The notes under the pieces are model-generated. The model was not told the origin of the DNA. It worked only from the letters and a program-made list of their open reading frames with translations, and ran no database searches. Source: a virus (Duplodnaviria; Caudoviricetes). From it: DNA of 62,137 nucleotides. Below are positions 39,950-49,020 of this stretch, one piece after another. The position numbers were made by a program, and so were the translations under genes. The stretch spans positions 1 through 62,137 of IMG/VR virus record IMGVR_UViG_3300016472_000394. One strand, given 5' to 3'. The first letter of the stretch is position 1; each line of letters starts with the position of its first letter.

Positions 39950-41230
39950 TTAGAAAGGATTATCAACAGTAGTGTTTTCAGTATTGAAGAGATTTTCTTC
40001 ACCTACCTTAATAAACTTTTGAACATACTGCTTCATAAACACACGCTCCGATTGAGCACCACCCGTACTATCAAAGAAAGGATAGATAGCAATTTCAGCG
40101 GCCTCCTGTAAACTAAAACCATCATACAACAGCGAACCAATCTCCACCGCAGTTCGGGTAGATAATGAGTTGGTCAATTTTGGTGATTCCGATTTAACCT
40201 CATCACGGGTCATTGAAGTAATTTCCGCAACACCCTCAATTAAGGATTTTGATACAGAGGGGTACATCATAGAGAGCAATTCAGCCTCTTCATCTTTTGT
40301 AAGAGAATCCATCTCAATAACCGTAAATCGATCAAGTATCGCCCTATCAAGCAATCGTGTCGCCGTATATTCATTACCAATATTAGCGGAAGCGATAAAG
40401 GAAACACCATCTGCCACATTAATAGTTGGTGAATCGGCTGCCTCATCAAGTCGGAGATAACGTTGACCAGGATCGAGAACAGTCATCAAAATATTCCATG
40501 CTTCGGGGTGAGCCCTCGTAATCTCGTCAAGCACCACCACCGTATTTGGTGTTTGGATTGCTTTCACAAATGGTGATTGATTAAACACCGTACCTTTAGT
40601 GGTATCAAATTGAGTATTACCAATCAAAGTACTACGGGGGTCTTGTGTAGCTCCCAAGTTGATGATAAAGGTATTATAACCATCAATAGAACTTGCTGCT
40701 GCTTTAGCCGCCATAGTTTTACCACAACCAGCTGCACCTGTCATCATAATATTCTTACCACGAAGAATGTTTCGAATTAAATATTTCCACTTTAATTCCG
40801 GCATAAACAACATCTTTGGTTTTAAGGATGCTGCCTCGTTGTGGATAAAATTCAAAACATTTTCAGGCATAACAACCGGAGCAACTTCTACCTGATTACT
40901 AACAATAGGTGGGGTAGTAGGTACGGCATCCACAGAATATTGGGCCAATCCACCGTTTGGCTTATTGAAATTTAAGACCGGAGAATTATCCGTTACTTTG
41001 GAAATTGGAACACGACCAAAACAAAGTTCACCGGATGTAAACGAACCCTTCACCCTAATTTTGAAACTGAATTTATCAGGGTTTTTAGCGGCCTGTTTTG
41101 CCCTACGATTGAGCGAACTGCCCGGCTCATTAAGAGCAGGGATGTTGAACAAAGCCCCAGCGGAGTCTTTGAACAATAGTACACCATTATTTTCAACGAT
41201 AGTACCGAAAACGAATCTTTGATTTTTCAT
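39950..41230 (-). CDS. MoxR/CbbQ/CobS-like AAA+ ATPase
   Basis: Walker A GAAGCGKT, Walker B VVVLDEITRA, ASANIG, LDRAILDRF. Confidence 0.9.
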   Translation of the reverse strand: MKNQRFVFGTIVENNGVLLFKDSAGALFNIPALNEPGSSLNRRAKQAAKNPDKFSFKIRVKGSFTSGELCFGRVPISKVTDNSPVLNFNKPNGGLAQYSVDAVPTTPPIVSNQVEVAPVVMPENVLNFIHNEAASLKPKMLFMPELKWKYLIRNILRGKNIMMTGAAGCGKTMAAKAAASSIDGYNTFIINLGATQDPRSTLIGNTQFDTTKGTVFNQSPFVKAIQTPNTVVVLDEITRAHPEAWNILMTVLDPGQRYLRLDEAADSPTINVADGVSFIASANIGNEYTATRLLDRAILDRFTVIEMDSLTKDEEAELLSMMYPSVSKSLIEGVAEITSMTRDEVKSESPKLTNSLSTRTAVEIGSLLYDGFSLQEAAEIAIYPFFDSTGGAQSERVFMKQYVQKFIKVGEENLFNTENTTVDNPF

Positions 41231-41257
41231 AATAATTTGGGGGTTAAGTGATTTATT

Positions 41258-41321
41258 TTACAATGTAAAGATAATAAGTATTTGATTAATATCCAAGCTT
41301 TTAATGTTAAATTTATATTAA
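41258..41321 (-). promoter_or_regulatory. 64-bp early promoter cassette
   Basis: TTAA..ATTTAAC..TTGG-N19-TATCTTTAC-ATT-GTAA. Confidence 0.75.
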
Positions 41322-41353
41322 GTTTATTAAAAGTTTGGGGGTAAATGTCCATT

Positions 41354-43477
41354 TTATTGGACACCTACCTCAAACTTAGCGTTTAATGTTTTAGCCAATT
41401 CAATTACTTCGGTCACGTTCACAAATCTGGCATCTTTACCATACATCTCAGAGAACACATTCATATTATAATCACCACCACCCGAAGATACATAATAGGA
41501 TAAAACACTAACACCATTCATCTTCATTTTATTTATTTGGGAGGCGGTGTGCTTAACAGCAACATCTCCGGTGTACCTTATTTTATCATCACGAAATTGG
41601 GGCATCCCGTCGGAAAAGTTAATAAGATATTTTTCCGAATTATCTTTAGTGTTCAAAATCTCATTCATAATAGCCTCATAACACAACCCTTCAGGTGTTG
41701 TACCCGCTGGTGTCAGGTGGCAAAACAGTGTTTTAATTTTTGAGAAATTATCCACCCTACTATCATATGCAATAACAATAAGTGGTTTATCTTGTTGTGA
41801 TGTTGAATAAGTACTCCTATAACTAATAACCACATTTATATTTGATGTCATTGAAGCGGCCTTAGCGATAGCAACTACAGCCGTTTGTGTTTTATTCCAT
41901 TTATCTCCACCCATAGAGCCACTAGCATCAATTGAAATATGAAGAGTAACAGGTTTTACTGAATTAGATTGAATTTTATCAAAAATGTTAAAATTACCAA
42001 ACCCAATTTCGTGCAACATACGTGAGGATATTTTACCCGATTTAAGACGAGGAGTAATTAAACTACGATTTTCATCCCGCGTTTTAAGTTTTTTACCAAG
42101 CAACACACCCAAAGAAATACCCTTATCAACACTTCTTTGCCCCTCGTTCATCCACCACGAATACGTGGTAGTCATTTCAAACGCTCGAGATTCAATTAAT
42201 TGCTTTGTAAGTTTTTTTACAACATAACAATCGGTCCTCATAACACCACCATCATCATTTGTGACCGAAACATTCTTTAAATCAACATTGGATTCTTCTA
42301 ATGCGTTTACAGTATTCGAATCGGTTTTACTCATTTTCTTTTTAGAGATATTACCTCGTAAAAAATCTTTTTGTTTATTGATAGCCCTATCAAGCTTATT
42401 TTTATTATTCGGGCTAAGTTTATCAGTACCACCCGAAGTAGATTTACCACTATCATTAGGAGTGTCTAAATTACCATCACCACTATCAATATTCGAATCA
42501 TTATTTTCACCCTCATCATTATTTTCACCCTCATCACCTTCACCACCACCGGCAGAAGAATTCATGCTTTCATTACCCGTTTGTGGAGTGTCAAAATCAC
42601 CACTCATTGGCGATTGACCGGATGATGAACCATCACCACTATTATTATTTTGAGAATTATCATTGGAAGAACCGCCATTACCATCTTGCTTTTCATTAGC
42701 AACGGCATCATAGATAGTTAAGAAAATTTCGGAAGCCAAATCCATACTATCTTCAGTTGTTTTCAACCTACCAATATTATTCAAATCTAACAAATTCCAA
42801 ATGGTGGAAAGGGCTTTTAGAGCATCTATCCTGCGATTCTTATTAGTGATATTAATAAGGCGGAACATATAAGATTCCCAATCTTCTGTGGTGTATTCAT
42901 TCGATTTTAAACCCTTATCAATAATACTATCATTAAAGTATTTATCATACATAGAGTGATAATAACCACGATAGCCAGGCGCTGAATTATAAACATAACT
43001 ATCAATACGCCTATCCTCAACAATATTAAGAATATCTTTTAAATAACGGCTCATAGTGGAAAGTATATCCCATTTTATATCGGGATTACTATCAATTTTA
43101 TTTTGAATTTTTGTTGGGGTAACGGCACTATTACCGAAATATTTTTTAAGTAATGAGAAATCGGTCAACTTAATGTGTGAACCCTCGTGAAGAGCCAAAC
43201 CAACAATTGGGTCAAACTCAGCATCATCAAGTTTAGAGGAAATTACCACAGTATCACCATCTGTATAAGATTGGTCGCCGGTGGAAAATTTGACGGGAAT
43301 TGATTTGCCTGTTACAATATTCACAAAATTACCAATGGCCCGTTTGTAGGAGGCCAACTTAATAAGGTCGCTTTTGTGGGCAGATTCTCCATAATGACTA
43401 ACCCGATTGGGTTCGAACATAGATTTATCCAACCAGAAGTCAGAGTAATAAGATTTTCGATTTTTGTATTGTTTCAT
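41354..43477 (-). CDS. VWA-domain protein with N-terminal HExxH metallopeptidase-like domain (CobT-like partner of the MoxR ATPase)
   Basis: LALHEGSH, NIVEDRRID, acidic G/S/N linker, MIDAS IDASGSM...T...FSDG. Confidence 0.85.
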   Translation of the reverse strand: MKQYKNRKSYYSDFWLDKSMFEPNRVSHYGESAHKSDLIKLASYKRAIGNFVNIVTGKSIPVKFSTGDQSYTDGDTVVISSKLDDAEFDPIVGLALHEGSHIKLTDFSLLKKYFGNSAVTPTKIQNKIDSNPDIKWDILSTMSRYLKDILNIVEDRRIDSYVYNSAPGYRGYYHSMYDKYFNDSIIDKGLKSNEYTTEDWESYMFRLINITNKNRRIDALKALSTIWNLLDLNNIGRLKTTEDSMDLASEIFLTIYDAVANEKQDGNGGSSNDNSQNNNSGDGSSSGQSPMSGDFDTPQTGNESMNSSAGGGEGDEGENNDEGENNDSNIDSGDGNLDTPNDSGKSTSGGTDKLSPNNKNKLDRAINKQKDFLRGNISKKKMSKTDSNTVNALEESNVDLKNVSVTNDDGGVMRTDCYVVKKLTKQLIESRAFEMTTTYSWWMNEGQRSVDKGISLGVLLGKKLKTRDENRSLITPRLKSGKISSRMLHEIGFGNFNIFDKIQSNSVKPVTLHISIDASGSMGGDKWNKTQTAVVAIAKAASMTSNINVVISYRSTYSTSQQDKPLIVIAYDSRVDNFSKIKTLFCHLTPAGTTPEGLCYEAIMNEILNTKDNSEKYLINFSDGMPQFRDDKIRYTGDVAVKHTASQINKMKMNGVSVLSYYVSSGGGDYNMNVFSEMYGKDARFVNVTEVIELAKTLNAKFEVGVQ

Positions 43478-43492
43478 ATAATGGGGATTAAC

Positions 43493-43556
43493 TTACAATG
43501 TAAAGATAATAAAGAATTGGAATATATCCAAACTTTCAATGTTAAATTTGTGTTAA
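43493..43556 (-). promoter_or_regulatory. 64-bp early promoter cassette
   Basis: Same consensus as other copies. Confidence 0.75.
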
Positions 43557-43791
43557 ATCTTTTTTCCAAGATTTATTTTTTCGTGAATATACTTTTTCAG
43601 ACGGGACAACCTTTTCTGTCATTTTTTTACCAATTTGACGAGCGGCTTCACCGGAAGTCCAACCCCCATTAAAGTCAAGCACTTTTTTATCTCGATGTGT
43701 TTTACTCATATCAATAAATATTTAATACACAAAGATAAGTAATATTTTTTAATTCACCAAATTTTGAGATTAAAATGGGATTAAAAAATTA

Positions 43792-44190
43792 TTAAGTATT
43801 TTTAGAAAATCCGTATTTAATTTTAACTCGTTCTGATATGGGTATCGAATTACCCTCTTCATCAACTCTTACAAATGTAATGTAGGTAGATACTACCGTT
43901 GTTTGATTTCCGGTATATACATTATGGGCTCTAGCCTCAATGTATAATTTAACCGATGTATTTCCTATGCTATTAACACTCCCGTAAACTTTTAATAACT
44001 GCCCTTCTTTTGCAGGTTTTTTAAATAGACATTCTTCTATTTTAATAGTAACTACACGGGGTGTATCGCATACTTGCATGGCATAAGCAGCAGCAGAAGC
44101 ATCAATCCATGCTAATGCTTTTCCACCAAAAAGATTTCCGTGAAAACCTAAGTCGGATTTTTTGACGGGATATGTATTAATTAACTCCAT
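43792..44190 (-). CDS. Acyl-CoA thioesterase (hotdog fold, YciA-like)
   Basis: HGNLFGGKALAWID...VVT..I...F..P. Confidence 0.88.
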   Translation of the reverse strand: MELINTYPVKKSDLGFHGNLFGGKALAWIDASAAAYAMQVCDTPRVVTIKIEECLFKKPAKEGQLLKVYGSVNSIGNTSVKLYIEARAHNVYTGNQTTVVSTYITFVRVDEEGNSIPISERVKIKYGFSKNT

Positions 44191-44380
44191 CTTTTATTTC
44201 CTTAAATGGTATAGATACTATTTCTCTACAAAAATATAGCACCCCATCTTTTCTAAATGCGTGAGAACATTTCCAAAATTTTTTTATACCATCCACATTC
44301 AATACCCCTTCTTCCCGTATAATCCTATAAATTTGATAAATAGAATCATTTATTTGAATTACCTGTCCTAATTGACTCAT
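44177..44380 (-). CDS. Hypothetical protein
   Basis: 67-aa ORF overlapping the next start. Confidence 0.5.
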   Translation of the reverse strand: MSQLGQVIQINDSIYQIYRIIREEGVLNVDGIKKFWKCSHAFRKDGVLYFCREIVSIPFKEIKDGVN

Positions 44381-44392
44381 AATTTTTTATTG

Positions 44393-44463
44393 AGCGGATA
44401 GATGGAATCGAACCACCTTCATAGGCTTGGAAAGCGAATGTAATACCAATATACGATACCCGC
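44393..44463 (-). tRNA. tRNA-Gly(TCC), anticodon stem with two mismatches
   Basis: GCGGGTA/TATCCGC-U73, T-loop TTCGATT, anticodon loop TT-TCC-AA, stem TTCGC/GCCTA. Confidence 0.75.
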
Positions 44464-44490
44464 AAGATTTCCCCAATATGGGGAATTTAA

Positions 44491-44658
44491 TTACTGTGCA
44501 GCTTCTGGTGTAGAAGTGGTATCAGTAACAGTTGTGGTTGTATCACTAACCACTTCTTCTACCGGTGTCTCAACTACTTCTTCAGTAGTTTCGGTGTTAG
44601 AGCATGAAGTTAATGAAATCAAACCAGCAATCGCAATTAAAAAAAATGTGTTTTTCAT
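44491..44658 (-). CDS. Small acidic Thr/Glu-rich lipoprotein (55 aa)
   Basis: Not in ORF track: MKNTFFLIAIAGLISLTS-C-SNTETTEEVVETPVEEVVSDTTTTVTDTTSTPEAAQ; lipobox LTSC. Confidence 0.75.
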   Translation of the reverse strand: MKNTFFLIAIAGLISLTSCSNTETTEEVVETPVEEVVSDTTTTVTDTTSTPEAAQ

Positions 44659-44752
44659 AATTAAAGTGTTTTAAATTTTATACAATATACGAAACCTTTT
44701 TGGTATTTCCAAATTTACTATAAATAAATACAATTATTTTTTTTATAATTAG

Positions 44753-44824
44753 TAGGCCCACTTGGACTCGAACCAAGAATAACAGATTAGAAATCTGTGG
44801 GTATATCCCTTTACCTATGGGCCC
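44753..44824 (-). tRNA. tRNA-Arg(TCT)
   Basis: Cloverleaf with anticodon loop TT-TCT-AA, T-loop TTCGAGT. Confidence 0.9.
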
Positions 44825-44831
44825 AATATTG

Positions 44832-44903
44832 AGCGAGGGGGTGTTGCCACCACACCATCTCCGAGCTGGTAGCCCGGCGAGTTTCTTCCAATTCTTCCCT
44901 CGC
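44832..44903 (-). ncRNA. Non-canonical tRNA-Gly(ACC)-like RNA
   Basis: Acceptor GCGAGGG/CCCTCGC + U73, anticodon arm CCGGG-CTACCAG-CTCGG, T-stem GGTGT/ACACC with abnormal loop GGTGGCA, A8, weak D-stem. Confidence 0.7.
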
Positions 44904-44943
44904 ATATTATGTAAATATACAAAATTATTTTTAATAATCCAAA

Positions 44944-45393
44944 TTATGAGCAGTGATAATCTGCTGCTTTTGTTGCTATTTGAGCATTTGGTTTTATATT
45001 TACTTTATATCCCAATGAACTTGCCCAACCACATGTAGATGAAACTAATCTATTGGAGGGCCAATACCCATCATCATTATAATCCATATCCAACTCAACT
45101 TTTACATTTATTTGCTGGGTAAACCATTCTGCTAATTCAATTGTTCGTGAACATTCCTCAAATAATCTTTTAAATATATCTTTTATTATTGGTATTTTTT
45201 CTTTAGTATAAATGTAATGAACTCCTCTTATACCAAACCTATAAGCAATAGCAGTTACATATGTGGTTTCAATCCCCACATTTTGGGAATCAGTTCCAAT
45301 ATATATTTTTGTAGATGGGTATTTTTTTAATACCTCTAATGTATGTTGAATAGGGTCTACATACCCATTATCAACTGAACGAAATTTTTTCAT
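44944..45393 (-). CDS. RNase H-like YkuK (DUF458) family protein
   Basis: IYIGTDSQ...RLFEE...DYN...IKPNA.IA..AAD. Confidence 0.8.
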   Translation of the reverse strand: MKKFRSVDNGYVDPIQHTLEVLKKYPSTKIYIGTDSQNVGIETTYVTAIAYRFGIRGVHYIYTKEKIPIIKDIFKRLFEECSRTIELAEWFTQQINVKVELDMDYNDDGYWPSNRLVSSTCGWASSLGYKVNIKPNAQIATKAADYHCS

Positions 45394-45404
45394 TATATTT
45401 TATA

Positions 45405-46268
45405 TTATACAATTCTTACCAAATAATAAGATGAATTAAATACCCCATCTTCAAAATAGCATTTTAAAAATCTACCATATCGCTCTATTGAAAATCTTGC
45501 GTAAGTATTATCTTTGTTTGCATCCAATACATTTTTGAATTCATTAAATGAATATTTTGAACCACTTAAATTATTAACTTGTGCTACCGATAAACTACTC
45601 GTAATTAAATGATTGTGTAAATTAAATCGTATCTCATCATTAGTAATATAGTTATTAGAATTAAATGATGCAGAATTTATGGTTATATATTCTGCTCTAT
45701 TATTAGATAAATCAACCCCAATATCAAAACTTATTGTAGATGATGTAATCCATCCAGATGCACTTAAAAAACTATTGATAAAATTATTAGAGCCTGTACA
45801 ATCAAAATATATCTTATCAAAATCCAATGGTTCTGGTTCACCAACCTCACCCTCCGGTGCAGGTTGTAATGGTAAAAAACCACCTTCTTCAGGTAACCTT
45901 TCAATTTGTATTTCTTCTGGTAATTTTATTGGGTTTGGAAAAGCTAATGATGCCAATTCTAAATTTAAAACTAATGGCAAATCAGAGCCTATATCATATA
46001 TACTTAAATAATTTGAACCATATTGTGTTGCTATTTGCTCTGAAAAAGCATTTAATACATTAATAGTTTCGTTTATATTATTAATTACAATTGTAGATGT
46101 TGGTAATCCGGTTATACTACCTGCTACCTGACCATACATAACACTACCGGATGTGGTGAATGATGCAGATACAATTGAATCGTTATTTATAAATTGAATA
46201 GTTACATAATCGTTTATACCATTTAAATAAACCCGTTTTAATAACGATTGTAATTCAGATCGCATCAT
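45405..46268 (-). CDS. Hypothetical protein, possibly a diverged sliding-clamp-like paralogue
   Basis: Termini (..YLNG.. / FEDGVFNSSYYLV) recall jumbo-phage clamp proteins; Pro/Glu-rich central insert. Confidence 0.4.
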   Translation of the reverse strand: MMRSELQSLLKRVYLNGINDYVTIQFINNDSIVSASFTTSGSVMYGQVAGSITGLPTSTIVINNINETINVLNAFSEQIATQYGSNYLSIYDIGSDLPLVLNLELASLAFPNPIKLPEEIQIERLPEEGGFLPLQPAPEGEVGEPEPLDFDKIYFDCTGSNNFINSFLSASGWITSSTISFDIGVDLSNNRAEYITINSASFNSNNYITNDEIRFNLHNHLITSSLSVAQVNNLSGSKYSFNEFKNVLDANKDNTYARFSIERYGRFLKCYFEDGVFNSSYYLVRIV

Positions 46269-46271
46269 TTA

Positions 46272-46931
46272 TTATACCTTACTCAATACAAAAATACCAA
46301 TACCATTCCACCAATTATTATATGCGATATCATGTGGGGTATGTGTATTATCATCGGTTAATCTAATTTCTTTACTAAATAGTGTTTTCAATTTTAAATC
46401 CTGAATTGCTAAAAAAGTACCTGTTCTTACATCTCTCCAATTCCAATCATCAACAACATATATAAAGTAATCATCTAAATTATGAATATAGTATGTTAAT
46501 GCAGAATATTGTGATACAATACTGTGGTCTCCATCATACATATAAATATTAAATTTAGGTAATTTTGTTACATCCATTAAAAATGAATCCTCATCATACA
46601 CATCTATAGTATTATTACCCCTATATAATTCTAAATTATTTTGGAATTCTTTCTTACCACCAAATTCAGACCAATTATCTATGACGGATATATTACAGTT
46701 GTTTTTATAAGCAGCAGAAAATGTAGAGCAACCTTGCCAACAACCTATTTCTAAATAACGAGTATTATCTATTGATAATAGATTATTGTAAAAATGTTGT
46801 GTTTTTATTCCAATTAAACCATTAATTTTGTTGTTGGTTATTAATGGAGATTCATCGGAATCGTTTAATTTTGATTCCCCATTTTCGGCTTTTTCTAAAC
46901 AAGAAAGTATGTGTTCTTCGTAATCTATCAT
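46272..46931 (-). CDS. Class I SAM-dependent methyltransferase (Methyltransf_24-like)
   Basis: YLEIGCWQGCS, IDNW, YDGDHS, VVDDW; start moved out of the tRNA-Leu. Confidence 0.8.
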   Translation of the reverse strand: MIDYEEHILSCLEKAENGESKLNDSDESPLITNNKINGLIGIKTQHFYNNLLSIDNTRYLEIGCWQGCSTFSAAYKNNCNISVIDNWSEFGGKKEFQNNLELYRGNNTIDVYDEDSFLMDVTKLPKFNIYMYDGDHSIVSQYSALTYYIHNLDDYFIYVVDDWNWRDVRTGTFLAIQDLKLKTLFSKEIRLTDDNTHTPHDIAYNNWWNGIGIFVLSKV

Positions 46932-46949
46932 ATTAATTTTTATTTGTTG

Positions 46950-47034
46950 TACCAGAGATGGGACTCGAACCCACACGAGCGATTCTGCTCACGACATTTT
47001 AAGTGTCGCATGTCTACCATTTCATCACTCTGGC
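46950..47034 (-). tRNA. tRNA-Leu(TAA)
   Basis: Long variable arm, loop CT-TAA-AA. Confidence 0.92.
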
Positions 47035-47041
47035 GTTTATA

Positions 47042-47206
47042 CTAATTTTTTATTTTTTCAACCACAAATAACTTGTTAAATTCATCCAAACTTATTTGTT
47101 TGGTTTTTGCGAAAAATTTCAATGCTTCCTCAATAGAACCTGCTTTGGTTTTAGAAATTGCTTCCTTTTTAATATCGGTGGTGTTGTAAAAAAAATATTC
47201 ATTCAT
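47042..47206 (-). CDS. Hypothetical protein (54 aa)
   Basis: Manual translation MNEYFFYNTTDIKKEAISKT... Confidence 0.5.
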   Translation of the reverse strand: MNEYFFYNTTDIKKEAISKTKAGSIEEALKFFAKTKQISLDEFNKLFVVEKIKN

Positions 47207-47242
47207 AGTATCCTCCATTTTTATAAATATACAAAATAAAGT

Positions 47243-47689
47243 TTAACTCTCCAAATAATAATTTATTTTAATATCCGCTTCATTAAACATTTGAATACTT
47301 CTTTGAGCACTCTCTACCCACTTTTGTTCTTTAGAACCACCACCATCCTTAATCCATATTTCGGTAATACCTGCATTTATAATTGCTCTTGCACAATCTG
47401 TGCATGGTATTCCACATGTCATATACATTTTAGAACCATTTGTAGATACACCAATTCTTGCTGCATTATAGATAGAATTTCTTTCAGCATGTTCAAACCA
47501 AAAATACTTTTCAGGTCTTTCTTGTCTTTCATCTACACCATCATCAATACCTCGCGGAAATGAATTATAACCCGTAGAAATTATTTCATTACCCTTTCCT
47601 ACAAGAACAACACCTATTTGAGTATATTTATCTTTTGATTTTAACTTAACTTGTTCTGCTATATTAAAAAAGTATTCATCCCAATTCAT
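47243..47689 (-). CDS. dCMP deaminase
   Basis: STGYNSFPRG, HAERNSI, PCTDC. Confidence 0.92.
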   Translation of the reverse strand: MNWDEYFFNIAEQVKLKSKDKYTQIGVVLVGKGNEIISTGYNSFPRGIDDGVDERQERPEKYFWFEHAERNSIYNAARIGVSTNGSKMYMTCGIPCTDCARAIINAGITEIWIKDGGGSKEQKWVESAQRSIQMFNEADIKINYYLES

Positions 47690-47967
47690 AAAATTGTTAA
47701 TTTATACTCTTTATTATTTTCAGTTTTAAAGTAAATGCAATTTTTAGAACCATTCGTGTTTATTTCGGTAATTTTTTTAGATTGAAATTTTGAGAATGAT
47801 CCCAAAAAATCAGACCATTCAAAATCTAAAACCAAAACATTTCCAATGGTAGGTTTACCATGAACTAATTCAGTAATTTTACCAAACATATCAACATTAC
47901 CCCATCTAGCAGAATATGCTTCTATATTGAGATTACCGGTTATTTCTTCTAATTTATAATTTTTCAC
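47686..47967 (-). CDS. Hypothetical protein
   Basis: 93-aa coupled ORF. Confidence 0.55.
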   Translation of the reverse strand: MKNYKLEEITGNLNIEAYSARWGNVDMFGKITELVHGKPTIGNVLVLDFEWSDFLGSFSKFQSKKITEINTNGSKNCIYFKTENNKEYKLTIL

Positions 47968-48652
47968 ATTTTTTTAAATTAAATTTTCCATCATTATATA
48001 ATATATATGAATTACTCTCAATCCAATCACCACAATTAATATACGAAATTTTTTTACTATTGTCAATTATTGGTGTATGAATATGTCCACAAATTACACC
48101 AACACAACTTCTTCTTTCAGCCTGATATTCTAATTGTTCTTCAAATCGGGTTATAAACTTAACTGCTTCTTTTACTTTTAATTTTAAATATGTACTTAAT
48201 GATTTTTTATATCCCATTTTTTTAAGTGTTCTATCAATCCAAATTGCTAATTCATATCCCCAACTACCTAAATGACCTAACCACTTTAATTGAACAACAC
48301 CATCGTATAAATCGCCATGAGTAATATAATAATCATTCCATATCATATCATTTTTAATTTCAATATTACCCAAACTCAATGGGGTGTAATTTCGTAAATA
48401 CTCATCATGATTACCGGTGATATAATGAACCATCGTTCCATTTTTAGAATATGAAAGTATTTTTCGTATAACATTAGTATGGGATTGTGGCCAATGAAAT
48501 CGTTTTTTAAGTAACCACCCATCTATAAAATCACCCACAATTATTAATTCCTTTGGTTCATATTCTTTTAATACCCCCAATAACTTTTCAGCATTACATC
48601 CCTTTGAACCCAAATGGATATCCGATATTAATAAAGCATCTACCTTTTTCAT
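47954..48652 (-). CDS. Calcineurin-like metallophosphoesterase (UDP-2,3-diacylglucosamine hydrolase-like)
   Basis: ISDIHLG, VGDFIDGW, TGNHD, THGD, CGHIH, NCGDWIES. Confidence 0.85.
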   Translation of the reverse strand: MKKVDALLISDIHLGSKGCNAEKLLGVLKEYEPKELIIVGDFIDGWLLKKRFHWPQSHTNVIRKILSYSKNGTMVHYITGNHDEYLRNYTPLSLGNIEIKNDMIWNDYYITHGDLYDGVVQLKWLGHLGSWGYELAIWIDRTLKKMGYKKSLSTYLKLKVKEAVKFITRFEEQLEYQAERRSCVGVICGHIHTPIIDNSKKISYINCGDWIESNSYILYNDGKFNLKKCEKL

Positions 48653-49002
48653 TCTACATTTTTTGTAACTAAAAATAAACCCTTATCCAATATAAACCCA
48701 TTATTCAAAAAGTGCTTTAAGCTTGATACATTACAATGGGCTATAAGCGGTTTTCCTAATTCTTTTACTTTCATATTTCGATATTCCCATAATAATTTAT
48801 AAATACCCTTTCCTCTATGCTCTTCAATTACAAAAGCATGTCCTAAATAAATATGATTGGGGTGTTCCACATATGAAACAACCCCAACCAATTTATCTTT
48901 GAAATAAGCACCTTGATATGTTGCGGATTTATCTAATAAATCAGGTTTTACTTCACCTAATTCTTTTTCAACCTCATCGTATTTTGTGGTTCTTATTTCC
49001 AT
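48649..49002 (-). CDS. GNAT N-acetyltransferase
   Basis: FVIEEHRGKGI motif A; NGF. Confidence 0.8.
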   Translation of the reverse strand: MEIRTTKYDEVEKELGEVKPDLLDKSATYQGAYFKDKLVGVVSYVEHPNHIYLGHAFVIEEHRGKGIYKLLWEYRNMKVKELGKPLIAHCNVSSLKHFLNNGFILDKGLFLVTKNVE

Positions 49003-49020
49003 TTTTTAAAAGATTAAAAT

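Noticed and set aside
43600-43680. Structured RNA upstream of the VWA gene
   Set aside because: Only short, weak inverted repeats (TTGAC/GTCAA, CTTC/GAAG); insufficient support
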